The translations under genes and the position numbers were made by a program. Below the pieces are notes generated by a model. The model did not search any database, was not told where the DNA came from, and worked only from the letters and a program-made list of their open reading frames with translations. A stretch of DNA of 64,000 nt from Candidatus Micrarchaeum sp. Lineage in GTDB: Archaea; Micrarchaeota; Micrarchaeia; CABMEP01. Where the stretch lies: NCBI GenBank assembly GCA_020723065.1, contig DYJP01000005.1, positions 2,668 to 66,667 on the forward strand, written 5' to 3'. Shown here in pieces: positions 20,056 to 29,414 of this stretch. Position 1 is the stretch's first letter; each line of letters starts with the position of its first letter.

Positions 20056-20460
20056 ATGAGAAATATAACATTAGCAATAGTAATTCTGTTTAGTTTGTTA
20101 GTATTCGGCTGCATCGGACAGGATACAAACACCCAATCAAATAGTGGAAATGAAGATTCACAGAAGATATTGATAAACGAAAGCGTAACAGGTTCGAACC
20201 TTAGCACCCAGACTGGTTCAGAAAGTATCGAATGCGATACCGGAATGACCTGGTCTACCAGTTCAGACGGATACACGTCCAGCGGAACTATTGTCGGAGT
20301 TGAAACATACAAAGGAAAGCGAGTGTGCCACGTGACTGCCACGATTGAAGGCGGATACGGCAACATCGATGTGTATATCGACATGACAAACTCCGAATCA
20401 GCCTGCACAGTCATGAACATAGGCGGACAGACGACAGAAACCTGCGTAAACTGGGAATAA
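20056..20460 (+). CDS. Small secreted Cys-containing lipoprotein, hypothetical
   Basis: Signal peptide plus VFGCIG lipobox. 134 aa. Confidence 0.5.
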   Translation: MRNITLAIVILFSLLVFGCIGQDTNTQSNSGNEDSQKILINESVTGSNLSTQTGSESIECDTGMTWSTSSDGYTSSGTIVGVETYKGKRVCHVTATIEGGYGNIDVYIDMTNSESACTVMNIGGQTTETCVNWE

Positions 20461-20919
20461 GCATTCCCATTTTTCTTTTTTTTTATTTTAATAGCCTCTA
20501 GCGAAGCAAAAAAACAGGTACGTACATAACTGGGGGAAAATCTAAAATCCGTTTCCCTTGATTTCTGGAAGCTTCCCGTACTTCCAAATATAGTATTCCT
20601 CAATTCCTTCCTGCAACATTAGATGCAAAATAAGAGTAAATTCACTTCTTGAAACAGCAATCGTATCTCTTTTTGATCAGCTTTGCCACTCAGCAACCAA
20701 TCCTCTATTCCGCGTAAAAATTTGCAATAAAAACAGCATCCCAGCTGAAACGTTGACCTAGTTTAATATTAAAATAAACCTCGACTCGTCAATAAAATTT
20801 GCGAAAAATTTTTCTTTGTCTTTTTCTTATTTCTTATTTATGAATATCACTATGTGCCTAACAGTGAAGTTTGGTGAATATAAATATTGTGTGAAATATA
20901 TAAAATAAAGCTTCTGAAA

Positions 20920-21471
20920 CTATATCTTATTCTCTTCTTTGAAACGTTTGAGAAATAACGGCATCTCCCTGTAAAGCCACTCATTAAGCTGAAGGAACGC
21001 CTTGGTCTCGTCTTCTATATATTTTATTATGCTGGGATAGTCCTTACTGGCGTACCATTCAGGTATTTTGCTGCCGTTCATCGGCTTTGCAGTTATCCTG
21101 TCCAATCCCGAGCCCTTGAACTCTCCTCTGTTCATTATTACCCCGAACGCCTTCAAATCTATGAACGGCCGGTTCAGCACATCCACTGGCTCCAGGCCGT
21201 ATTGAAGGCTCTTGTAAAGAAGGAAATTGTGCTCGAAATTGAGATTGTAACCGACGGGAATGAACGAGAAGGGATTCTCCTCTATCACTCCGGATTCCAT
21301 CATGAACCTTGAGACTATGTCCTTTTCCGAGGACTCCCACTCCTTGAGTATCCTGAGTTCTCCCGCAGCTTTTCCAGTGTTCCTTTCCAAAGGCTGGTAT
21401 TGGATGGTGATTATCTTGCAATATTCCGGCTCGAGGCCGTTTGTCTCGATGTCAAGATAGAACTCTCCCAT
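20920..21471 (-). CDS. RNase-H-fold 3'-5' exonuclease of the YprB/MrfB-like (PolB-exo-like) type
   Basis: LDIETNG (Exo I), GYNLNFEHNFL (Exo II-like), FIDL...GSGLDRI, YIEDET. Start lies 4 bp after the XPD stop. Confidence 0.6.
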   Translation of the reverse strand: MGEFYLDIETNGLEPEYCKIITIQYQPLERNTGKAAGELRILKEWESSEKDIVSRFMMESGVIEENPFSFIPVGYNLNFEHNFLLYKSLQYGLEPVDVLNRPFIDLKAFGVIMNRGEFKGSGLDRITAKPMNGSKIPEWYASKDYPSIIKYIEDETKAFLQLNEWLYREMPLFLKRFKEENKI

Positions 21472-21475
21472 AGAC

Positions 21476-23467
21476 TCACCTTTTTACATCCGAATTCGAA
21501 CCATTCATCTTTTTAATGAACTTGGAAACGAACTCCCCCATCCCCCCGACTGAAACATACTGGATGTTCGACCTTAGGTGCGGCTGAAGGTACACCTTCT
21601 CCATCATGAACCTCGAGTCCACCAGTATGCTTGCGCACCAGTCCCTTTCGTTCCTGATTCCCCTACCTATCGCCTGGTTCGTCCTTATCATTGCGGGCAT
21701 TATCGCAGACATCTTCCATGCGGTTTCATAGTCGAACTTGTCCCTGAGGTATCTCTGGTACGCCTTCTGGGAGGCGTTATAAGTCGAGATAGGAAAGCCT
21801 GCCACCACAATCGCTTTGAATGGATTGAACCTGAAGTCGATGCCTTCGTAGTAGGAGCCGCCCATTATCCCATGAAGTATGAACGGAACATTCTCTTTTG
21901 CGTATTTCTCTATCCTATCTTTCCTTTCCTTCCTGTGCTTATTACTCTCTCCCTGGATTTCCACTTCATGTTTAAAATCTGGAAACTCCTCTTCATTCTT
22001 TAAAAGCTCCATGAACTTGTATGAAGGATAGTAGACTGCCATTGAATTCGGATAGACTGCAGAGGCGGTGTCTCTTATAACTTTCTTAAAAGAATCGATG
22101 TTATCCTTATCGTTCCTATCCTTCTTCATTGAGGATGCTCCAGCACATATTACAACCGGCTGCAACAATGGATCGAACGGGCTCGGATAAGTTTCCTTGT
22201 CGAGTTTGAGCACCCTTTTCTCATCCAGACCAAGCTGCTTGATCAATAAATCTTTCATCGGAAGCGTCCCGCTCATAAGTATCGCAGAATGAGCGGAATG
22301 AATCACTCCCTTTGCTATTATCGCTGGATCAAACGGAACCGCCCTAAGCCTGAAATTCTTGTAGTCTTCTGAATCGAAAAACAGCCCGATGGTTTTGTCC
22401 CCGGAAAGAAATGCTTCTGCAGAGCATAATACGCCGGACAGCTGCATCAGATCGTCAACGGAGATTTTCTGCTCTGGACGATTCTCCTTCTGGCTGAAAA
22501 GAAACTGCACGTATTCACTTATACGAAGAAGTGAATCCGTAACCGAAGCCTCTTTCCAGGAAAGGAGCGCCTTAACTTCAGAAGAAGATAGCTCAATCTC
22601 CCCTCCGAGATAGCTGCTCTTCCGTGTAAGAATCTTTACATAAGGCCTGAGGCTTGTCTTGATGTACGAAGCTACAGACTCTATCGAATCAAGCACCTTG
22701 TCCTCCTTGCATATCTCCCTTAAATCTGAAAGCGCTGCAAGGCTCTCCTTGATCACTTCGGAATCAACCTGGTATGTGTTTAGATCGAGTATCCTATCCG
22801 CAAGATTGTGAGCCTCGTCTATGATGATGTCGCAGTTCCCGAGGCCGACGTCCAGGTATTGAAAGAATATTTTACGTATTTCCCTATCGAATAGGTAAGA
22901 GTAATCGCAGACTATGACGTCTGCATCTTTTGAAGCAATCAACGCTGCATAGTGCGCGCAATAGTCCTTAGCGATGCTAAGCTTGACTGCGGTTTCTGCG
23001 TCTATCGGATCGGAAAGCAGAAGATCCGAAGCCGGAAAGTTCTGCCTGCGGTAATCGCAGGACATACTTATCACGTCGCAGTTGACAACCTTGCTCACGC
23101 CTTTGGCCTTAAGAAGACACATCTTGCCCTTCCCCACTTTGTCTATGGCCTTTATCTTTTTTATGCCCAACGCGGCAAGCGCATCAGCTCTTTTTTCGTT
23201 CATCTCTCTGATTTCCTGTATCGCTTGAATATGGTGTGTATCTCGGGTGGTAAGAAATATGACTTTCCTTCCAGCAGGTATAGATTCCTGGAGAATGGAC
23301 AATGCGGCTGCAGTCTTGCCTATTCCTGTTGGAGCATTGGCTAGGAGTATCTTTCCTGTTCTTACGGTCTCCAAAGCATCCGAATAGAACTCGAATTGTC
23401 CAAGACTCATGTCGTCTTTGGGAAATATTGAACCCTGCGGAGAACTTATTCTCTTATTTTCGTACAT
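21476..23467 (-). CDS. xpd: XPD/Rad3-family (DinG-like) SF2 helicase with FeS domain
   Basis: Walker A ANAPTGIGKT. DEAH box IIDEAHNL. Four Cys between motifs I and II. XPD signature ADVIVCDYSYLFD. C-terminal Q/R motifs. Confidence 0.8.
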   Translation of the reverse strand: MYENKRISSPQGSIFPKDDMSLGQFEFYSDALETVRTGKILLANAPTGIGKTAAALSILQESIPAGRKVIFLTTRDTHHIQAIQEIREMNEKRADALAALGIKKIKAIDKVGKGKMCLLKAKGVSKVVNCDVISMSCDYRRQNFPASDLLLSDPIDAETAVKLSIAKDYCAHYAALIASKDADVIVCDYSYLFDREIRKIFFQYLDVGLGNCDIIIDEAHNLADRILDLNTYQVDSEVIKESLAALSDLREICKEDKVLDSIESVASYIKTSLRPYVKILTRKSSYLGGEIELSSSEVKALLSWKEASVTDSLLRISEYVQFLFSQKENRPEQKISVDDLMQLSGVLCSAEAFLSGDKTIGLFFDSEDYKNFRLRAVPFDPAIIAKGVIHSAHSAILMSGTLPMKDLLIKQLGLDEKRVLKLDKETYPSPFDPLLQPVVICAGASSMKKDRNDKDNIDSFKKVIRDTASAVYPNSMAVYYPSYKFMELLKNEEEFPDFKHEVEIQGESNKHRKERKDRIEKYAKENVPFILHGIMGGSYYEGIDFRFNPFKAIVVAGFPISTYNASQKAYQRYLRDKFDYETAWKMSAIMPAMIRTNQAIGRGIRNERDWCASILVDSRFMMEKVYLQPHLRSNIQYVSVGGMGEFVSKFIKKMNGSNSDVKR

Positions 23468-23515
23468 CTGCCCACGCCATTTTCTGATGAATCCAAATAA
23501 TGGATGTTAAAGTAT

Positions 23516-26311
23516 TTAATGGAACTCCCAGAATCTCTTTGTCCTGATGAAGGTCTTCTGCGCGTTCAACAGCGCTGTATAAAATTCCTCATCGGACTTG
23601 TGTGTCCTACCAAGTATTCCCGGCGCCTTTGACGGACCGACCCCGTAAGTCGAAAGGGTGATGACTCCCCACTTTCCTGAAGCGCTTACCACTGCGGCGG
23701 AACGGTCAAGCCTTTCTTTGTACACCTTCTCCTCTTTTGTTAACCGTTTCTTCTTCAGTAATTTGCGGACATCCTCAACGGAAATGGATTTAGGCAAAGG
23801 AGCCACCATGGTACTTCCGCACTTCGGGCACTTGACCTTGTCCTCTAATGCTCCTATGAACGATATCCAATCCTTTCCGCAGTGCATGCAGTACAATACG
23901 ACCGATTTGCCGAGCAACTTAGCCTTGAACGCCTTAATTATTTCCGAAGTGGGCTCGATCGGAGCAATCAATTCAGAACCATGATTCCTGACAAGCGCCC
24001 TCACTGCAACGGGAGAAAGCTGCTTCACATGGAAAGCGTGGACAGAAATTTCTTTTGTCCGTATCCCATTCAGTATCGCCTTCGCATTTTTTATGTCGTA
24101 ATAAGAAGCGTAGACATCCCTCAATGTCTCATTATAAACTGGAGTGCCTACGAAATTCTGTATGAACTTTTCCGAAATTCTCGGAGTTTCCTTGAAAAGA
24201 TAGAACATCTTACCTATGTGAATGAACTTGAACCTGAAAAGCTTGTGCTTGGAGATGTGCAACTCAAGGTCTTTTTCTATCGCTCCGTTCGAGATGTCGA
24301 GAAGGTGATTCTTTATCGAAATTGCGTCAGCCTTTCTTGGAAGTATGAATGCAATCCTGTACGCATCTACGAGAGTTTGAACCGAAGACCCGTATTCCCT
24401 CGCAAGCCTTTCAGCAAGGACCGCGGATAATGTCCTGTTTCCATTCAATCCGCCAAGAACATGAATGACTGCCACATCATTCCAGGCCTCTATGAGTATC
24501 CCTTTGTCAGTGGGAATGAATTCCTTAAATTCCAACAAGTCAGAGATTGCATCCTTCTCCAGCTCCATTCTCTTGCTAAGCAAGTTTATCTCCTTTTCCT
24601 TTCCTCCGTTTTCAAAATCTCCCTTGTGCTCTCTTGCATAATCAGAAATCTCCCTTCTTATCCTTCCAACTGTCTGCGCGACCTCGTAGCTCGTAGGAAT
24701 CTCTTCCCCTTCCCAGTCGGGAATCGCCGCGCTTATGTCATCCGCAGCCTCCACTACGACTATCTTCTTGTCATTGTCGATGTCCAGGATCCTCCATGGG
24801 AGCCCTTTAGTTATGAACATCTCGTTGTTCTCGAAGAATGAGACGAAATTCTCATCCAATGTGGAAATTATCTTGTTCGTTGCCGCATCCTTCACCAGAT
24901 ATTTCTGGACTGAAGGGATCGTGGAAAGGTGCTCGTAGTAATACATTCGGGTGGACACCATCTTATGTAGTGTGCCATGCTCTGTCTTCTTCAGAAGCCT
25001 CTTGTCCTCCATGAAATTCACTACTGAAAGGAACGCCTCGGCGTCCAGCATGGAATAAAGATAAGCCCTTTTCACTATATTATAAATCTCGGAAATTGTC
25101 ATTTCCCTATCGAAGTCCATAAGAATTCCGGCGATCTGGTGAGCAAGAACGTCCAGCGCGTTAGAGCAAATCTGCTGCTCCTCAAGCACTCCTTCCTTTA
25201 TAAGCCTCAGCAGCGCGTGCGCCTCGACTATGTCGTCGGGATCCGCGCAGATGATCGTTCCTGTTGAAGTTCCCTTGACAGTATGACCACTTCTTCCCAC
25301 TCTTTGGACAAGCCTCGACACCTGCCTCGGAGACATATACTGAATTACATGTGAAATATCCCCTATATCTATTCCTAACTCTAGAGAGGAAGTTGCAACC
25401 AATGCATCAAGATTCCCTCCCTTGAAATCATCCTCCAGCTGTATTCTCACTTCTTTTGAAAGGGAACCGTGATGAACCGCTATCTTGGGATCCAGCTTCA
25501 TCATCCTTGAACCGAGGATCTCTGCAATTGAACGGGTGTTTACGAATATCAATGTCTTGTTGTCCTTTATTATCCGCTGGATTTCCTTCAACCTCGCGAC
25601 CGCAGCAATGTCAACCTGCAGCTCGTTTGCAGCGGAATCATAGGACTTGCTGGCCTGAGGATAAATAATGTCAAATTTCATTGACCTAAGGTATTTCAGG
25701 TCCACTATCTCGCAAGACCTATATCCACACAAGAATTTGGAAACCTGGATTGGATCAGCAACAGTTGCACTTAAACCGATTCTCTGGAATTCTCCCGCCT
25801 TTTCTGATAGCCTTTCCAATGCCACGGAAAGCTGAGCACCTCTTTTGTTGTCTATGAGTTCATGAAGCTCGTCCACCACCACATACTTCACGTTCTTCAA
25901 ATGCTGGCCCATGACCTTTGCAGGAAGAATTGCCTGCAATGTCTCAGGCGTAGTGATCAGAAGCTGCGGAGGCTTCTTCGCCTGCATGGACCGTTCTGTG
26001 GTAGTCGTATCACCATGCCTTACGGCAATGGTTATGCCCATCTCATTCGCCCATTCTTTGAGTCTTTTCATCATGTCCCGGTTGAGCGCACGAAGAGGCG
26101 TAATATAAATTGCCGCAATACCTGGGAGCTTGTTGTCTTTTATCTTTTCCATGACAGGAATTGCCGCAGTCTCTGTTTTTCCGGAACCAGTCGGAGCTAT
26201 CACTAAAACATTTCTTCCTTCTTCCACTAATGGGATTCCTTTCTTCTGAACATCTGTGAGTTCTCCAAATTTCCTTGTTAAAAACGAGGACATACGAGTA
26301 AAACTAGACAA
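23516..26311 (-). CDS. lhr: Lhr/MrfA-like DEXH helicase with C-terminal 4-Cys zinc ribbon
   Basis: 931 aa. Lhr-type N-terminus (DVQKKGIPLVEEGRNVLVIAPTGSGKTE), DELH box, HRVGRSGR motif. C-terminal CMHCG...CPKCGS as in DUF1998/MrfA. Confidence 0.7.
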   Translation of the reverse strand: MSSFTRMSSFLTRKFGELTDVQKKGIPLVEEGRNVLVIAPTGSGKTETAAIPVMEKIKDNKLPGIAAIYITPLRALNRDMMKRLKEWANEMGITIAVRHGDTTTTERSMQAKKPPQLLITTPETLQAILPAKVMGQHLKNVKYVVVDELHELIDNKRGAQLSVALERLSEKAGEFQRIGLSATVADPIQVSKFLCGYRSCEIVDLKYLRSMKFDIIYPQASKSYDSAANELQVDIAAVARLKEIQRIIKDNKTLIFVNTRSIAEILGSRMMKLDPKIAVHHGSLSKEVRIQLEDDFKGGNLDALVATSSLELGIDIGDISHVIQYMSPRQVSRLVQRVGRSGHTVKGTSTGTIICADPDDIVEAHALLRLIKEGVLEEQQICSNALDVLAHQIAGILMDFDREMTISEIYNIVKRAYLYSMLDAEAFLSVVNFMEDKRLLKKTEHGTLHKMVSTRMYYYEHLSTIPSVQKYLVKDAATNKIISTLDENFVSFFENNEMFITKGLPWRILDIDNDKKIVVVEAADDISAAIPDWEGEEIPTSYEVAQTVGRIRREISDYAREHKGDFENGGKEKEINLLSKRMELEKDAISDLLEFKEFIPTDKGILIEAWNDVAVIHVLGGLNGNRTLSAVLAERLAREYGSSVQTLVDAYRIAFILPRKADAISIKNHLLDISNGAIEKDLELHISKHKLFRFKFIHIGKMFYLFKETPRISEKFIQNFVGTPVYNETLRDVYASYYDIKNAKAILNGIRTKEISVHAFHVKQLSPVAVRALVRNHGSELIAPIEPTSEIIKAFKAKLLGKSVVLYCMHCGKDWISFIGALEDKVKCPKCGSTMVAPLPKSISVEDVRKLLKKKRLTKEEKVYKERLDRSAAVVSASGKWGVITLSTYGVGPSKAPGILGRTHKSDEEFYTALLNAQKTFIRTKRFWEFH

Positions 26312-26349
26312 TTAAGATATTAAATAGTTTCTAAGGGAGATTTCTGGTG

Positions 26350-26964
26350 TTATCTCCTGAAATGCTCCGGAATCGGATGCTGCTCGAACTCCTTCAAAAG
26401 CGACTTCCCGTAGAGTATCCTTGAGAAGGATTCCGCTGCCGCCTTAGCTCCAAATAATGCGTTATGCGGCTTCGGCTCGTCCGGAAGCCCCACATAATTG
26501 AGGACCTTGTTGAAGCTAAGGTCCGTCCTCTTGTCTTTAAGCGGAGGCTCCTCGTGCCTCTTTAGAAAATCAATGTAACAAACTGAATGGAGATCCACAA
26601 TCCTCTTGTGCGGCTTCCATGACATATTGTAAATGTCCGCTGTTGCCTTCAAGAAAGCCCAGTCAAATCCAAAGTTATGTCCTGCGAGAGTCTGCCTTTC
26701 GGACTGATCTACCCAGGTGATGAAATCGTGCATCGCCTCGTAAAGGGTCTTCTTGCTCTCGTCCATTATCTGCTCCTGCGTGAATCCATTCACCTCGAGC
26801 GCATCCGGATCTATGAGTGCCCCGTTCCACGGTCTGCATTCCACATAAAACGTCCGTTCCGGGTGAAGGAAATCGATCGCCCCGAAACTGACTATGGAAT
26901 TCTTAGACGGATCAACTCCCGTGGTTTCTAAATCTACTATCAGCATATCATCACTTCTTTTCAT
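26350..26964 (-). CDS. DnaQ/RNase T-like DEDD 3'-5' exonuclease
   Basis: LIVDLETTG (Exo I), GHNFGFDWAFL (Exo II), HNALFGA (Exo III-like, with Asp replaced by Gly). Confidence 0.65.
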   Translation of the reverse strand: MKRSDDMLIVDLETTGVDPSKNSIVSFGAIDFLHPERTFYVECRPWNGALIDPDALEVNGFTQEQIMDESKKTLYEAMHDFITWVDQSERQTLAGHNFGFDWAFLKATADIYNMSWKPHKRIVDLHSVCYIDFLKRHEEPPLKDKRTDLSFNKVLNYVGLPDEPKPHNALFGAKAAAESFSRILYGKSLLKEFEQHPIPEHFRR

Positions 26965-27003
26965 TTCAATTTTTTCAATTTTAGTTTTGCTTAGTTTTAA
27001 ATC

Positions 27004-27471
27004 TTAATTCTTGCCTTCTTCATACATGTTCTGGAGCAGCTGCATCGCCTGCTTGATGTTGAAGAACGCCATGTAGGCCCGTTTCTGATAGGTCTGCTCC
27101 ATTGCGGAAGGAAGGTTATCGAACTGAAAACCTGAGAACCTGTAAACGCCTCTGTCTTCCTCAATAACCCCTGCTTTTCTCAACTGGGTGAGGTGGTACC
27201 GTATGGTCTTTTCATTCAAGATCTGACCTTCCTTGGAAAAATAATCAACCAAGTCCTGATAGTTCGGCTCCTTCTTATCCTTCAAATGATAATAAAGCAA
27301 CGCCTCCAATATCATAAGCACGGATTGCCTTGATTCCTTTTTGGAAATAAGACCGAGCGAAAGCGCAAGCCATCTTATAAGCGACTTTCTCGCCATCTTT
27401 ACGTCGTCGCTTAAATCCATGTCCCTCAAAACAATTTCGGATTTGATCAATTTCGCTTCTGGAAGTTCCAT
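27004..27471 (-). CDS. Putative winged-helix DNA-binding regulator, first gene of the helicase/exonuclease operon
   Basis: 155 aa with a predicted HTH (TIRYHLTQLRKAGVIEE). Co-directional with the exo-lhr-xpd-exo genes, 39-bp gap. Confidence 0.4.
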   Translation of the reverse strand: MELPEAKLIKSEIVLRDMDLSDDVKMARKSLIRWLALSLGLISKKESRQSVLMILEALLYYHLKDKKEPNYQDLVDYFSKEGQILNEKTIRYHLTQLRKAGVIEEDRGVYRFSGFQFDNLPSAMEQTYQKRAYMAFFNIKQAMQLLQNMYEEGKN

Positions 27472-27611
27472 GAGTATATTAGAATAGCAAGATTTAAATT
27501 AACTGAGACCCCTATATTATAGTATTCGGCACGACGTAAATCTCTGATTATCCTGACCAATTTCAAATGAATTGTATATATATTTATTTCATGAAATTTT
27601 AGGTGAATTTT

Positions 27612-28613
27612 ATGGTAGACGAAACAAAAGTAAAAGAAGCTTTTGACACTGACTTCGGCACAAAATCTGTAGAGCCAGAAGGCGCAATAGTAAAAGGATA
27701 CGATTTCAACAAGACATTTGAGTTTGGAGAATTCCTGAAAGCATATTCAGTCACAGGAATGCAAGCATCGAACCTTGGAAGGGCAATAGAGCTAGCGAAA
27801 AAGATGAGAGAAGAAAAAGTAGTCATCTATCTTGCCTACAATTCCAACATGGTGAGCTCAGGATTGAGAGAAGTCATAGCCTATCTTGTGAAAAACAAAA
27901 TGGTGGACGTTTTAGTTACTACTGCGGGCGGAGTGGAAGAAGACATCATGAAAACTATGAAACCCTTCATCATGGGAGACTTCAAGGCTCCCGGAAGAGA
28001 GCTTAGAGCCAAGGGGATAAACAGAATAGGGAATGTATTCGTCCCTAACGACAGGTACGCATTATTTGAGAAGTTCATGCAGCCTTTCCTCGCCAAGCTC
28101 TTAGAAGAACAGAGAAAAACGGGCCACATATTCACAGCTTCAGAGATTATACGCAAGCTCGGGAGCGAAGTTAAAGACGAGAACTCCATATACTACTGGG
28201 CAACAAAGAACAATATACCTGTATTCTGTCCTGCAATAACCGACGGTTCGATAGGAGACATAATCTACTTCTTCAAGGCATCGGACAAGAAAAACGCCGA
28301 TTTCAAAGTTGACATCGCTGAAGATATGGTCAGGATAGTCAACATTGCGCTTGACGCAAAGAAGACCGGAATGATAGTGCTAGGGGGGAATTTCATCAAA
28401 CACCACACCGCGAACGCGAACCTTTTCAGAGGGGGATCCGACTATGCAATCTACATCTCCACTGAAACAGAAGAAGGGGGATCGGACAGCGGGGCCACAC
28501 CGGACGAAGCTGTTTCTTGGGGCAAGTTGAAAGGCAAGGACACCACTATCAAGGTGTTCGCAGACGCAACAATAGCATTTCCGCTCCTTGTTGCGGGAGC
28601 GTTCAAAGAATGA
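27612..28613 (+). CDS. dys: Deoxyhypusine synthase
   Basis: DHS family motifs (TTAGGVEEDIMK, NAD-binding). AGGTGA 6 nt upstream of this ATG. The track start is a GTG. Confidence 0.8.
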   Translation: MVDETKVKEAFDTDFGTKSVEPEGAIVKGYDFNKTFEFGEFLKAYSVTGMQASNLGRAIELAKKMREEKVVIYLAYNSNMVSSGLREVIAYLVKNKMVDVLVTTAGGVEEDIMKTMKPFIMGDFKAPGRELRAKGINRIGNVFVPNDRYALFEKFMQPFLAKLLEEQRKTGHIFTASEIIRKLGSEVKDENSIYYWATKNNIPVFCPAITDGSIGDIIYFFKASDKKNADFKVDIAEDMVRIVNIALDAKKTGMIVLGGNFIKHHTANANLFRGGSDYAIYISTETEEGGSDSGATPDEAVSWGKLKGKDTTIKVFADATIAFPLLVAGAFKE

Positions 28614-28944
28614 CTTGAGATGAAAAGGCATGAATTTCAAATTCGTGATCGATAAAGAAAAAGATATAACAATTGCGAAACAACGCAGCCATTCAGAGGA
28701 AACAATAGCAAGGATAGAAATGAATACGTCATAATGTATGGTTATCTTGAAAGCTCGGTAGAACTGTATCAAAGATCCTGGGACGAAATAAATGACAGAT
28801 TTTCCGACTACGTTGAAAAAAACTACAAACTACAAATGGTTCTATCCCAAATACACCTGCGTAATCTCGCTCGTGCACAAGAGAATCTCTAACTGAAGAC
28901 AGGAACTCCCGGTATATAGAATATAGAATGAAGGACCATACGCA

Positions 28945-29208
28945 ATGAGAAAGATCACCGCCCACGAACTCATACTTTCGCACTATTTTGAGATTTATAG
29001 ACGCCATTATGGCGACAGAAGGCTAACTGACAACCAAGTCTTGGCGCTTGCAGAGATCGCCGCTTTCGCATTGACCTCCCTTGACCCGCAAATCAAGGAA
29101 TTCTGGCCATGGAACAACGAATACTACACGAACCACAACTATCCGCACATAATCGGGCTTCAGAACGAGCTCAAATACATCTTTCTGAACCAGAAAAGCT
29201 TCGACTAA
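28945..29208 (+). CDS. Hypothetical small protein
   Basis: 87-aa ORF between dys and speB. Confidence 0.35.
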   Translation: MRKITAHELILSHYFEIYRRHYGDRRLTDNQVLALAEIAAFALTSLDPQIKEFWPWNNEYYTNHNYPHIIGLQNELKYIFLNQKSFD

Positions 29209-29414
29209 TACATCACAAAGGGAATAGAGTTCGTAAGGAAATATCTGGAAATGAACCCAAAAGGGATCTGAAACCTGCGCTTCTTTTTTCAGTCTGGATA
29301 CTACCTGCCTTTTCAATGGCAAACTAATGTTTTTAAACTAAATCCTTCAACATTATATTAAACATCTATGGCGGGAAAACTTCTATTTCCAACGCCAGAA
29401 AACATGGGTATAAT

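Noticed and set aside
20052-20603. 183-aa minus-strand ORF
   Set aside because: It overlaps, antisense, the plus-strand secreted-protein gene, which has a good signal peptide. No start context.
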